Shown here piece by piece: positions 30,043 to 43,743 of a stretch of DNA of 64,000 bases. Every line of letters starts with the position of its first letter. Positions within the stretch are counted from its first letter, which is position 1. The translations under genes and the position numbers were made by a program. The notes below the pieces were generated by a model. That model was not told where the DNA came from and did no database searches. It saw only the letters and a program-made list of their open reading frames with translations. The stretch comes from an uncultured Methanomassiliicoccales archaeon. Lineage in GTDB: Archaea; Thermoplasmatota; Thermoplasmata; Methanomassiliicoccales; UBA472. The stretch spans positions 7,493 to 71,492 of the forward strand of contig CAWDCQ010000048.1 of NCBI GenBank assembly GCA_963800775.1, written 5' to 3'.

Positions 30043-31163
30043 ATGACCAAGGTCCTCTACATCATTCCGGGGCCGAAGACCGCCCGGTCCGAGACCTATG
30101 TGCTCAACCTGGTCAGACATCCTGAACCAGCAGCGGTATCAGGTCACTGTCTGGTTCTATCAGGATTGGGGTACTCGCCGGGGAGGAGATCGGCAAGGCC
30201 GGGGCCAAGGTGGTCCAGAAGCCGATGCGCCCCTATCGACCTGACCATGTGCTCGGGGCTATAGGTTTCATCAGAAAGGGCCGGTTCGACATAGTCCATT
30301 CGCTCAGTTACGGCCCTAACTTCACCGATGCCCTGGTCTGCAGATTGTCCCGGGTCAAGGTCTTCATCACCTCCAGGAGGAGCATACGGCACCGAACCGG
30401 TCCACTCAATCTGCACATCGGTGAGCGCCTGAGGAACTTGATGACGGACCATGTGATAGCAAGCTCTGAGACGATCAGAGAGCTGACCATCGTCACGGAG
30501 CATCTCCCCGCGACCAAGATATCGGTCATCTATAACGGGGTGGACACAAAAGAGGCCGACATGGCTATCCATAGAACGTCAAAGCCCTTCAGGGACAGCC
30601 TCGGCATCCCGACCGGGGCGATCGTGATCGGCAACCTGGCCAAACTTCAGGAGGAGAAGGGCCAATTGTGCCTGATCAAGGCCTTCGCCGAAGCGGCCAG
30701 CAGAACCGCGAAGGAGCTGTATCTGGTCATACAAGGCGAAGGTCCGGAGGAAGAACATCTGGCCCTCACCGCAAAAGAACTGGGCGTTGATGGCCGGGTC
30801 AGGCTGTCCACATCGCCCCATGACCGTTTCGAGGTCTTGGGTTCCTTCGACATATTCGCCCTCCCCTCGCTGGGGGAGGGTTTTTCGAACGTGCTCCTGG
30901 ACGCCATGGCAATGTCCCTGCCATGCATCGCCAGCGATACCGGGGGGAACAACGAGGTGGTGGTGCACAACGTCTCCGGCATAATCGTTCCGGTCCGGTC
31001 CGTAGAACCGCTGGGCCAGGCGATCCTAAACTGGTGGAAGATCCGGCCCTGGCCAAGGAGTTCGGCGCCAAGGGTAGGGAGCTGGTCGATGAGACAGTAC
31101 ACCGTGGAAGGTATGGTGTCGGCGCATGAAAGGCTGTACGATGAATTGCTCCTGCGCGACTAA
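30043..31163 (+). pseudogene. GT4-family glycosyltransferase, several frame breaks in the N-terminal third
   Basis: MTKVLYIIPG..., FDIVHSLSY, and the C-terminal motif LPSLGEGFSNVLLDAMAMSLPCIASDTGGNNEVV. Confidence 0.75.
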
Positions 31164-31273
31164 GTCGCCTCGACAATCCCGTCCCAAGAACGGGCTACGA
31201 TGGTTCACAACCAGATATTAACGGGTGAAAATCTTATTATCCCCATCGCTTTACCTCGAGCCTAAGGCGTAAG

Positions 31274-32395
31274 ATGATCAAGATCCTCTACATCATTGCC
31301 TGCCTGAAGACCGGCGGTTCAGAGAAGTACTTACTCAACATGATCAAGAACTTGGACAAAGATCGTTACCAGGTGACCGTCTGGTGCGAAGGGGCATGGG
31401 GGCCGACCGGGGACGAGATAAGGAAAGCAGGGGCCGCCGTCGTGCAACGTCCCTTGCGTCCAGGTCGCCCAGATCAATTGCTCGGCGGGATCCGTTACAT
31501 CAGGAAGAACAAGTTCGACATCGTCCATTCGCTGAAGTACAACACCAATTTCATGGATGCGTTGGTCAGCAAAGGTTCCCGGGTCAAGGTCTTCATGACA
31601 TCGAGGCGGAACCTGCCCTTCTGGATCAAAGCCGACAAGGTCCGTAACCCAGAACGGATCCGCAACGCTTTGACGGACCGCGTTATCAGCGAACTCGGAG
31701 GCAGTGAAAGAACTGACGACCGTGGTCGAGAAGGTCCCGGCAAAGAAGATATCCGTGATTTACACCGGGATCGACCTGACCGAGGTCGATGCGGTGATCA
31801 AGAAACCAAGAGTCCTCCTATACCGCCGCCCTCGGGATACCAGAAAGCGCTCTGGTCATCGGTACCACTGGAGATCTACGCGAAACAAAAGGTCATACAT
31901 ACCTGATAAAGGCGTTCGCCGAGCTCGCGAAAAGAACAAAAAAGGATGTTTACCTGGTGATCCAGGGAGAAGGTCCAGAGGAGTCGAACCTCCGCTCGTT
32001 GGCCAAGGAGCTGAAGATCGAGGACCGGGTAAAGATAAACACGTCGCCGCGTGACCGTCTGGAAGTCACCCGGTCGTTCGACATCTTTGTCCTATCTTCA
32101 CTTACGGAAAGGCTTTCCAATGCTGTCATCGGGGCGATGGCGCCTGTCGCTTCCCTGCGTCGTCACCGACGTCGGAGGCAATCGTGAAGTGGTCGTTGAC
32201 AACGTCACCGGGTTCATCGTCCCGGCCCGGTCGGTGGAGCTGTTGGCCGAGGCGGTCCTCAAACTGGTGGAAGATCCGGCCATGGCCAAGGAGTTCGGGG
32301 CCAGGGGGCGGGATATCGTGGAGAAGAAGTTCACGGTGCAGCTGATGGCCTCGGAACACGAACGGCTGTACGAACAGCTGCTAGGGAAACGTTGA
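31274..32395 (+). pseudogene. GT4-family glycosyltransferase, tandem paralogue of the previous gene, several frame breaks
   Basis: MIKILYIIACLKTGGSEKYLLN and FDIVHSLKY are present. Pieces 31274.., 31704.., 31957.. and 32051..32395 carry ...CVVTDVGGNREVVVDNVTGFIV. Confidence 0.75.
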
Positions 32396-32396
32396 G

Positions 32397-34204
32397 ATGA
32401 GCGGCATCTGCGGCACCTACGGGAAGGACGATCTCGGCCTGATCCGAATATGTCCGACACCCTGGTCCATCGGGGACCGGACGAAGTGGGACATATTCCG
32501 ATGATGGCGTGGCCCTAGGTCACTGCCGGCTGGGTCTCAGCGACGCAGGTGCGGACCGCGAACCGGTCCGGAACCAGGACGGGACCGTCTGGGCGGTCTT
32601 GGACGGCACTATTTACAATCAAAAGGGACTTCGGGAAGGGCTCAGCCGGGCATCATTTCTACACCTCATCCTCGGCCGAGGTCATCGTTCATCTTTACCA
32701 GGATGACCCGGACCACTTCCTCGAACGGTTGAACGGACCGTTTGCATTGGCCATATGGGACTCGGGACGGAAGCGTCTACTATTGGCCCGTGACCCGCTG
32801 GGGATCAAACCGCTCTACTACTGCCAAGACGGTGGTGTTCTGTACTTCGCCTCGGAGATCAAGGCGCTATTGGCGGCCGGTGTGGAAAAGCGGGTCGATG
32901 AGGACATGATCGACTGCTATCTGGCATACCAATTCTGCCTGGGCGACCGAACTCTGTTCGGTGGTATTAGGAAGCTGATGGCCGGGCAAGTTCTGACCGC
33001 TGGCCGGGAGGGAATCTCCGTAAGGCAGTACTGGGACATCGTTCCCGGACCGACGACCACCACGGACCTGGCCGCTTCGGAGCGCCTCAGGAGATTGCTG
33101 GAAAGTTCCTGCGAGAACAGCGTTATGGCGGACATCCCCGTCGGCGCCTTCCTTACTGGCGACATCAGCTCTTCGGCGGTGGCGGCGCTGACGGGACCGT
33201 TCCACAAAGACCTCCATACGGTGTCGGCCGGGTTCACTGCGGGCCGCGAGCTGGAATTGGCCAAGATGGTCTCCGAGCACCTCGGTACCATCCATCACGA
33301 ACTGGTGATTGGACCGGAGATGGTGGCCAAGCATATGGAGAAGATGGCATGGCACAACGACGAGCCGTTGAGCGACCCGGAAGGGTCAAGGACCACTTTC
33401 TGTCCCTCGAAGCGAGCAGGTACGTCAAGGCGGTGGTCGCGGGCCGAGGGGGCGACGAGCTATTCGCCGGACTTCCGATCTATGCCCAAAACCTGAAGTT
33501 CGAAGAGACCCGGCACAAGATGTACGGGGGGTTGGCGAGATCACTGATGGGCATCTATCCGCAGCGGGGCAACATCTTCCGCAACCTGAAAGAGAAAGAG
33601 ATGTCCACTTTCGAGGCCGACAGCATAGAGGAGATGATGCTGCGCTCGATCAGGGAACTGAGCGACCACGAGATCAAGGTGGCTGCGCGGGAAGGCTGCA
33701 TCCCGTTATGATGCGATCGCGGTAATGCCCCGCGGGATCAAGTACCGTCTGGACCGGATGTTGTACATCGATTGCAAGAACCGGCTCCCTGAGAAGTACC
33801 TGGCATATGCTGACAAGGCGGCTATGGCCAGTTCCATCACTGCGGGAATGCCGGTGTTGGACAAGGCGATCGTTGAGTTCGCTTTCACACTGCCTCCGGC
33901 TCTCAAGCTCAATGCCGGTCAGGGCAACTTCGTCCTCAGGCTGGCCATCAAAGACCTACTGCCATCCGAGATCGTTAAGCGTGAGGATGCCGGATCCTCC
34001 GCGCCGATCGAGGATTGGATGAGGGGAGAGGTGGGCGAGATGGCGCTGGCCGAGTTGGATTCATCCGAGTTCCTGAGATCCCATTTCGACGCCGGACGTC
34101 TGGAAAGGATCGGGAAGGAGCTGGGCGCCAAGAACGGCAAGGCGTCGCGCAAGATATGGACGGTCTACACACTCGGTCTTTGGCATCGGACCTTTTTCAG
34201 TTGA
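32397..34204 (+). pseudogene. asnB: asparagine synthase (glutamine-hydrolysing) AsnB-like amidotransferase, at least 4 frame breaks
   Basis: MSGICG (Cys2 nucleophile), ARDPLGIKPLYY, and ADIPVGAFLTGDISSSAV (PP-loop-like). The ATG is 1 nt after the GT4 stop. Confidence 0.8.
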
Positions 34205-34489
34205 CACGATGGACTTCTTTACGGTTCCCTACCGATCGACGAATGTTCCATTAGAATAGTGGTCTAACCCTTGTCGAAAGGGTCGGAATCATCGTTTCGC
34301 TAGTTCGAAGAATTCCCCAATCCAAAGATGCGACGAAAACGTCATTTTCATATCTATCCAGATCGTCGTGCAATGAGTCAAGGGGATGTCAGGGCCATGA
34401 TTAACAAAATCCATTCCCGTTCAGTTAATATTTTATGATGACAAAGAATCTGCAGGAACCGGTCACGACCATTTCGCCGGTGCCTCTCT

Positions 34490-37400
34490 ATGATCAGGAC
34501 GATCTATATCGACGACGAGCCTCTGCTTCTTGAGCTCGCCAAGGACTTTATCGAGGACGGCGTCGAGTTCACCATGGACACGACTACATCGGTCGATGAG
34601 GCCATCCGCCGGGTCATGAACGGAGATTATGACGCGGTCATTTGCGATTACCAGATGCCGGCGATGAACGGCGTCGAATTCCTGAAGGCATTGCGTTCCA
34701 AGGGTGACGTGACCCCGTTCGTATTGTTCACTGGACGGGGCCGTGAGGAGGTGGTGATCGACGCCCTGAACAACGGCGTGGATTTCTACCTGAAGAAAGG
34801 CGGCGAACCCTCCTCTCAGTTCGCAGAACTGAAAAACCTGCTTATCCAGATGTCACGGCGCAGGCAGGCCGAGGACGCCATGACCCACAACGCCCGCCGG
34901 TTCCGGGCCATGATCGAGAACTCCATGGACATCATCGGGGTGTTGGACCGGAACAGCACCCTGCGCTACGTCTCACCGTCCATATATAAAATATTGGGAT
35001 ACACGGTCGATGAGGTCATAGGGACGAACCTCCAGACCTATTCCCATCCAGATCTGGTGGAGAACCTGGCCAAGGTCATCCAGACGATCAGGCCAGGGCG
35101 GACCGAGCGGTATGAGATAACGCTGCGGCACAAGAACGGCACCTACCGGCTGCTGGAGGCCTCCGTCGCGGTCATGCCCACAGAACTTGGTCCTAATCAG
35201 GTGGTGGTGAATGGCCGTGACATAACGGAACGGAGGAAGAAGGAGGACGAGCTGCGCCACTCCGAGGAGATGGTGCGCTATATCGTGGGCCACGCCCCCA
35301 ATGCCATGGCCATCCAGGACGTGGGACTACGGTATCTGATGGTTTCGGACCAATACCTGACCGCGTTCGCCCTGGAAGGCCAGGACGTCATCGGCCGGAC
35401 CCCTGAAGAGATATTCAAACAGGTACCGGATGAATGGAAGGCGGTCTGCGCCTCCGCTCTGACCGGAAGGATCAGAAAGGGGGAGATGGACTTTCCGATG
35501 GAGGGCCGCACCGGCCACATAGTCTACGATGTTCGGCCATGGCATGACGTCGCTGGAGAGGTCGGCGGTCTCGTGACGTACATCGGTTCTAGGCCGGGAG
35601 CCATCGTCCCCCGGGAAGGGCCCCGTCCGAGAACCGTTACCAGCTCCTGGCCGAAAATGTCCGGGATGTCATTTGGACTATGGACATCTCTGGCCGGTTC
35701 ACTTACGTCTCGCCTTCCATCCTTGACCTGCGTGGCTTTACGCCGGACGAGGTGAGGGCCCAGAGCATCGAGCAGGCCCTCGCGCCCGAGTCGGCGAAGA
35801 ACGTGCAACGTTTCATCGCCGAAGGCCTGGAGGTGCTGAAGAGCACCGGCCGTTTCCCGGAACAGACCAGGGAGGTGGAGCAGCTTAAGAAGGGCGGTGG
35901 ATCGGTTTGGACCGAGGTCATAGCCAGCGGCCTTTATGACGGCGAGGGCAAGTTCGTATCGATCCTGGGAGTAACGCGTGACATATCGGAACGACGCACC
36001 GCGGAAGAGGAACTGCGGGCCTCGGAGAAACGGTTCCGGGCCCTGTTCGAGAATTCTCCATTGGGCACTTTCATAATCGATCTGGACGGCAACTTCCTGG
36101 AGTCGAACAAGCGCTTCTGCGACATGCTCGGCTACGACATGGACTCACTGATGTGGACCAATATGAGCGAGGTCACCGAACCGTCGTTGGACATCAGACG
36201 GACCGCGGTGGTGCGCCGACTGCTGGAGCAGGACCTGGACAGCATCGAGACCGATTCCGCCTTCAGGAGACTGGACGGGAAGGTCCGGTTCGGGACCCTC
36301 TCCCTTTCCATGCTGAAGGACCAGAACGGAGTGAAGAGGCACGTTCTGGGCATGGTGCACGACGTCACCGAGAAGCGCCGGAAGGATGACGCGGTGGCCG
36401 AATCGGAACGGCGTTTCCGCACTCTGTTCCAGAACACTCAGCTGGCGATCACGATCGCCGATCTCGACGGGATGATCGTGGACTCGAACGAGCAGTTCTC
36501 TCATATGATGGGCTACTCCCCAGACGAGCTCAAGGGCAGGAACATCTACGAGCTACAGTCCCCCCGTATCCGCCCGGAGGATTCGGTGCTGATCCAGACG
36601 CTCTTGAGGCACAGCACGGAGAACGCCAACGTGGACCGGCAGTGGGTGCGCAAGGATGGCAGCACCTGGTGGGGGCACGTCGTGGGCTCGATGCTGAACG
36701 ACGACCAAGGCAACCCCAAACACATCCTGGCGGTCATACTGGACATCACCGAGCGCAAGAACTCGGAAATGATGGTCACCATCGCCAACCGGAAGCTGGT
36801 GCTGCTCGGCGATCTCACCCGGCATGACGTCAAGAACCGTCTGTCGGCCATGTCCGGCTTCCTCCAGCTGGCGGAGTTGAAGGCTTCCGACCTGCTGCTC
36901 AAATCCTACCTCTCAAAAGCCTCGCAGTTGGCGGTGGACATCGCCGGCCAGATGGATTTCTCCAAGGAGTACCAGAAGCTTGGCTCGCAGGAGGCCCAGT
37001 GGATCTCACTGGCGGCCGAGGACCTGGGGTCAAGGACCGGGTTCGACCTGGGGGATATCCAGCTGGAGTGCGACCTGGGGGGTGTGGAGATATTCGCGGA
37101 TCCCATGGTGCCGAAGGGATTACGCAACATCATCGAGAACTCTATCAAGCATGGCGAGCATGTCACCCGGATATCCATCCGCCACCAAGAGACCGAAGAA
37201 GGCCTCACGCTCATCATTGAGGATGATGGGGTCGGTATAGCCGAACCCGAAAAGAAGATGATCTTCGAGTGGGGATTCAAAAATCGGATGGGGCACGGCC
37301 TCCACTTTGTCTCTGAGATGCTGGCCATAACCGGTATGTCGATCCGGGAGATCGGGGAGTTCGGGAAAGGGGCCAGGTTCGAGGTGACGGTTCCGAAAGG

Positions 37401-37518
37401 TTCCTACCGGATCATCATCCCGGGACCGGCAATGGGCAGGCATGATTGTCAGGCCCATGTTCGTTTCATTCCAGCGGAAGGAACGGTATCATATATCGGA
37501 ATTAGAGCTACGGTTTAA
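34490..37518 (+). pseudogene. hybrid response-regulator receiver + multi-PAS sensor histidine kinase, one frame break near 35615
   Basis: Receiver domain (DAVICDYQMPAMNGVEFL), at least 4 PAS blocks, TRHDVKNRLSAMSGFL and EDDGVGIAEPEKKMIFEWGF..GHGLHFV. ORFs 34490..35755 and 35680..37518 overlap in different frames. Confidence 0.8.
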
Positions 37519-37557
37519 TATCTGATGCTAATACTCGGATTCAACGGTCTGGTCTGA

Positions 37558-39030
<1,473 letters not shown>

Positions 39031-39452
39031 AGAACCCTTATGCTGGACGAGAACATTTCGGTGAGATTTGCGCTGTTTTGACGAAATGGGCATTATTTCT
39101 TCATATTTCTATATCTAAGCCAACATTTTTTCATCCTTTGCTTTCATATGTAATTATTATTGATAATGATATTACCATAGCAAAGGGTGGCAAGGACAGA
39201 AAGTAACATCCTTTATTAAGAATATAATTATTCCAAGGGTGCCAGTTACTTTTTTTGGAATATGAACGATAGTTCTGTTCTCGAATAATTGTAGCAAAAA
39301 CCCTTTTAACCTCCTTGTGACATAAGGAGAATGCGCGTCCGGCCGGAACCTTCTCCAACTTCCCCACGTTTCTGATAGAATCCGGTCGGGCGCGTCATCA
39401 GTCTTCTCTAATATTGCAATATGGTCGGCAATCTACCAACTTTTTCTAAATT

Positions 39453-39860
39453 TTGCCGCGGGATCCCCGAATAGAATTAAATATCGTAAATAGGGCTATT
39501 CATCTGGGGAAGTTCATTTCAGAGAAACAGGGCGGTCGCGTGTCTGTCCACATGAACGAAGAACAGCGAGAACAAGCTGTACGCCTTTCATTGATGAAAG
39601 GCGTGGTTCGTTCTCTCATCGATTCTGAGGAGCGGAACCGCTCGGGAATGAGGTGGGACGACATAATGAGACAGTTTAGCTCGGGCGGTGCCCAGGCAAA
39701 GAAGGCTATCGAGGACCTAATCGACCTGAAGTATGTGGTCCGTATCATCGAGGGCGGAAAGGAAGAGGCCAAGGGCGACCTCCGCGTCAGGATGCTGATA
39801 GAGGTTTACGGTACAACCTTCTTTGGCCGAAAATGGCTGGCAGAACAGGAGAAGGGCTGA
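39453..39860 (+). CDS. hypothetical protein (possible winged-helix)
   Basis: Only the ORF supports it. The likely start is the internal Met (MNEEQREQAV...). I recognise no diagnostic motif. Confidence 0.3.
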   Translation: MPRDPRIELNIVNRAIHLGKFISEKQGGRVSVHMNEEQREQAVRLSLMKGVVRSLIDSEERNRSGMRWDDIMRQFSSGGAQAKKAIEDLIDLKYVVRIIEGGKEEAKGDLRVRMLIEVYGTTFFGRKWLAEQEKG

Positions 39861-40635
39861 TCAAATATATGGGTCGGAATCGGACCCGGCAAAGTAACGA
39901 CCTGGACGGAACGACCTTCCAGCCGCATTTGATGCATTCGGATTGATCCTTGAGTATCACCTTGCCGCACATGGGACAACGGCCGATGGCCTGGACCTTG
40001 ACCGGCATGGATATGGGCGGCCTCTCGGACCGGGGATCGGTTTGGAATCTTCCTTTCCACCGGTCGGGTCGCTTCCGCTGCTGATGGGACCTTCGGCCCG
40101 TCCAGAATTGGCCGGCTATCCTTCTGAGGCGGCTCAGGCCGGTCTGCCGCGGTCGGGCCCATCGTCGTTCCAGACTGAGTAGAGGACTGAACCTTCTGTC
40201 CTGTTCCCATCATGGCCAGTTCTGGATCGTTCTGCTTTCCTGGATCTTCATTTCTGTGGAAGGATTTCGATCCAGTCAATGTTCTGCGATCGTTCCTCAT
40301 CCTTTTCCCGTTCCGATAGGTCATCGTCCGTCTGCGTGTCCGGCGATTCGTCCGTTCCGGACGAACCATCGCGTGACATTTCGTTGCCATCGCCCTCGCC
40401 GTCCACTGGCCTCCATTGCTGGCGGGATTCGACCACACTGAAGAATGATGGCCACTCCGATGAAGGCGGTGAGCAACAGTATCATGTACACATTCAGGTC
40501 CACCGAATAGATGTATTGCTGTCCGTTCTGGACCACGATGCTCCCTTCCATCGACCTGAGAAGTATGAGCGTCGTTATACTGATGGTCAGGAACGCCACC
40601 GCGATGCCCAGGTTCAGCTTAGGGCGTTTGCTCAT
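39787..40635 (-). pseudogene. membrane-anchored, acidic low-complexity protein ending in a zinc ribbon; sense spread over 3-4 frames
   Basis: MSKRPKLNLGIAVAFLTISITTLILL..., then DGEGDGNEMSRDGSSGTDESPDTQTDDDLSEREKDEE, then CPMCGKVILKDQSECIKCGW, all co-linear on the minus strand. Confidence 0.3.
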
Positions 40636-40832
40636 GCGAGAACCAGCACGACGGATGGAATGGTTGCTGGACGGTTTATTGGTTTCTGCTCGGTGGCCGC
40701 CCGAACCGAATGATGTTCGTTCGATCAAGGGGTCCGCTAAGAGGATCACCACATGCCCTTCGACCGGGTAAAACAGATAGTTGATGCTAGGTCTCGCTAG
40801 AACAGGCTCCGCGGCAGTGTTCTGGAAGCCGT

Positions 40833-41330
40833 TCATGGGCGCTTGCGCCACGGGGCCTTGAACAGAAGATAGCCTTTCTGGTCCTGTGTCACGGTGACAT
40901 CCACAGACCCGTTCAGGCGGGACCCGGATGCGTTCGGGCGCCGAAGCGGATGCCTCCCCCATATGCGGAGACGGACGCCATTGTTCTTCTCGACCGACCC
41001 TTGCAGGAACTCCAGGCTATGGTCGTCGCTCTCTTTCGCCTCGCAGTTTATTGCCTTGCCCACCTCGATCAATATGATTTCTGCCAGCTCAATGTCGTGG
41101 AGTTCCTTCGCTGGATCGTCCTCATGGTTGACCATCCCCACGACAGCATCCGTTCCCCTGTCAAGCTGATTGCTGTGAGCTGCTAGGTGTCGCAGTATGT
41201 ACCCGCGTTCGATGCAGGTGGGATTTGCTTTGGCCGCGGGGGACCAGAAAACGATAACTCCCACCGTGTTCATGATCGAAGAGAGCGGAGTATCCTCGGA
41301 TGATCTGAAAGTGATGTCGATGACATGCAT
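40833..41330 (-). CDS. hypothetical protein
   Basis: 165-aa ORF with no recognised motif. Confidence 0.3.
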   Translation of the reverse strand: MHVIDITFRSSEDTPLSSIMNTVGVIVFWSPAAKANPTCIERGYILRHLAAHSNQLDRGTDAVVGMVNHEDDPAKELHDIELAEIILIEVGKAINCEAKESDDHSLEFLQGSVEKNNGVRLRIWGRHPLRRPNASGSRLNGSVDVTVTQDQKGYLLFKAPWRKRP

Positions 41331-42013
41331 CTAGACCATGGAGGTGCTGCAGGGATAAGAGAACTTTCCTTCAACCATCCTCATCGATTAGAGCAGCTCG
41401 GGTCTTCGTGCTCTAGAATGGAAGGTTTTGCCTCGATTTTCTTGGCAAGAATCGTTGCTGATAAAGAAAAAGGATTCATCGTTCGGTCAAGGTGTCGCTC
41501 CAGCGCTAAGAACCGCTGGATTGTGATCATTTCGGGTTTACATTCGATTAAAATTACTTTTGGAAAATATTCCTTGATAATCTATTATGAACATATTATC
41601 AAAATCAATAATGATAATCGGATGTTTTGGTTTAATAGCCCAAAATCGGGTTATTTTTTTCGCTAGACTGAGGAAAGAGGTAGGTCCGTGGGGACATCGA
41701 ATGTCCGGAAAACCTCCCTATCCAGTTAGTAAAGATCGTTATTCGTGAATTTAACGCGAAGGAGACTTAAAATGAAAAAAATGAGAACTTCGTGGAAAAA
41801 GGATGTTCTTGCTAGGTCAAGCATCAGGATAACGGTCACTCTTAACGCAACGGAAAGGTTCGCGGCCGCTGCGGGACATTTTTTGATCGGTGCCGCGAAC
41901 AGGACAAGAGAACGGGCACAGTGCAATGACGACCATACGACCGGCGCGGTCGCTTCGAGGTTCGTCTTTTCAGCGGTCACTGAGGCCGATTATACATTCG
42001 TTACAAAGGCAGG

Positions 42014-43432
42014 TTGGCCAAAATGAAAAAAACAAGATGCAATAGAAGGTCAGTAGCGTTACTCTCCATCCTATTCGTTGGAGCATTTCTAGGGACGGCG
42101 ATAGGAACAGCAATTTTCATACCCGGTGAGTCTTCCGCGGCGACAACAGGGAACGTAACCCCAACAGCTCCTGCATACACGATCTACAAGGACACCAGCG
42201 GTTACACCTGCGCAAAGAACTCGGTAACTCTGAAGATCGACTATCGGGACACGAACTCGAGAACGGTCATTCAGAAGGCCATTGACAAGACCACTGGTGG
42301 AAGCATCCTGATCAAAGCTGGAACATACAACATACCATCCACCATCTACACCTCGGTGACGTCCGTCACCGGGGAAGGCAACGCGACGATCCTCAAGGTG
42401 TCCGGCCCGATCGGCAGCGCGGTCATCATGGTGACCAACAACTACTACAAGATGGATGGGACAAAGGCCTTCGCAAGCAGCTCCAGCCGCCCGACCGGAA
42501 TAACCATCAGTAACATGCAGATTGATGGTAACGGGGCGGCCCGCATCACCGGCACCATGGAGGGCATAGGCTTCGTGAACGTCCTCAACAGCCAGATTTC
42601 CGGAGTCTATGTGCACGATGTGATGGGCGGACAGGGCATCTACATGTCCAACTCCCAGTACTGCACCGTGAAGAACTCGTGCATCTACAACATCGGGGAC
42701 AACTCCGATGCAAACTACGGATCTTGCATCGCCTTCGGCGAGGCCAGCTCGACCAAGGTCGCAAGCTCGCACATCACCATCAACAATGTGAGGCTCGGCA
42801 AGGCATCGATGTCCCTGATAGACCTCGAACCGGCAAACAACGTGACCATAACCAATTGCCAGTTCTACAACGCCACGACCTGGAAGGGAGTCGCTACTCC
42901 CGCCGTCACCCTGGTGCCGGTCAAGGGCTACGCGCCTAACGACTACATCACCGTAAGCGGCAACCTCATGTATGGCGCATTCGGAGAGTTCATCACCCTG
43001 ATGCCCAGCAACAACTCCGTGGTCAGCGGCAACGTCATCACATACACGACCGGCAACGCAGCTGCAATATACTCGACCTACTCCCACGGCGACAAGATCA
43101 CCGGAAACGTGATCCAGACTGTCTCCAAGGACGGCATCGTGTGCGTGAACTGTAATTCATTCGTGGTCAACAACAACATGGTCACCGACTCCACGCTCTC
43201 AGAGAGCGCCTACGGCATCAGGTTCTACTCTTCGGCCGGAACCTCATCTAACTACGACTCCGCTTGCGGCAATCAGGTGACCGGTTTCCATTATGGAATA
43301 GTTGCATACAGCGTATGCAATTACCAGACAGTATCGGCGAACATAATCAAGAGCTGCATTGTGGGTACGTGGATCCAGGGCACGGGCGCCGTCAAGACCG
43401 GGAACGTCTTGAACGGTGCGAGTGCCTGGTGA
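42014..43432 (+). CDS. secreted right-handed parallel beta-helix repeat protein (pectate-lyase-fold surface protein)
   Basis: N-terminal signal/anchor (RRSVALLSILFVGAFLGTAIGTAIF). It has repeated ~22-aa G-N/S-rich rungs (ISNMQIDGNG, VKNSCIYNIGDNS, ITINNVRLG, VTITNCQFYN, VSGNVITYT, ITGNVIQTV). Confidence 0.7.
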   Translation: MAKMKKTRCNRRSVALLSILFVGAFLGTAIGTAIFIPGESSAATTGNVTPTAPAYTIYKDTSGYTCAKNSVTLKIDYRDTNSRTVIQKAIDKTTGGSILIKAGTYNIPSTIYTSVTSVTGEGNATILKVSGPIGSAVIMVTNNYYKMDGTKAFASSSSRPTGITISNMQIDGNGAARITGTMEGIGFVNVLNSQISGVYVHDVMGGQGIYMSNSQYCTVKNSCIYNIGDNSDANYGSCIAFGEASSTKVASSHITINNVRLGKASMSLIDLEPANNVTITNCQFYNATTWKGVATPAVTLVPVKGYAPNDYITVSGNLMYGAFGEFITLMPSNNSVVSGNVITYTTGNAAAIYSTYSHGDKITGNVIQTVSKDGIVCVNCNSFVVNNNMVTDSTLSESAYGIRFYSSAGTSSNYDSACGNQVTGFHYGIVAYSVCNYQTVSANIIKSCIVGTWIQGTGAVKTGNVLNGASAW

Positions 43433-43743
43433 GGGGCCGGATAGGGCAGGGCATAGGATAATGGAAAACACTATCAGATCGACCGGGCCGCGTTGCGAAC
43501 GGGCTCGGTCCCTCTTTCTTTATCATCTCAAATCGATCAGGATCGGAATCCTCATCGATCGATACCTGAACTGGCGATGGAGGGATTGATGATGCATTCA
43601 TGATGCCAGGATATCCCTCCAGTGAAATCGATGCTCTCATTTATGCCAACTGGATCGAAACAGGCCAGCACAGGAATGATGCGTGGGTCGCGGACCTGAG
43701 AAAGAACGACGAAGCGATCAGAATCGAGCAAGGGGAGGAACTC

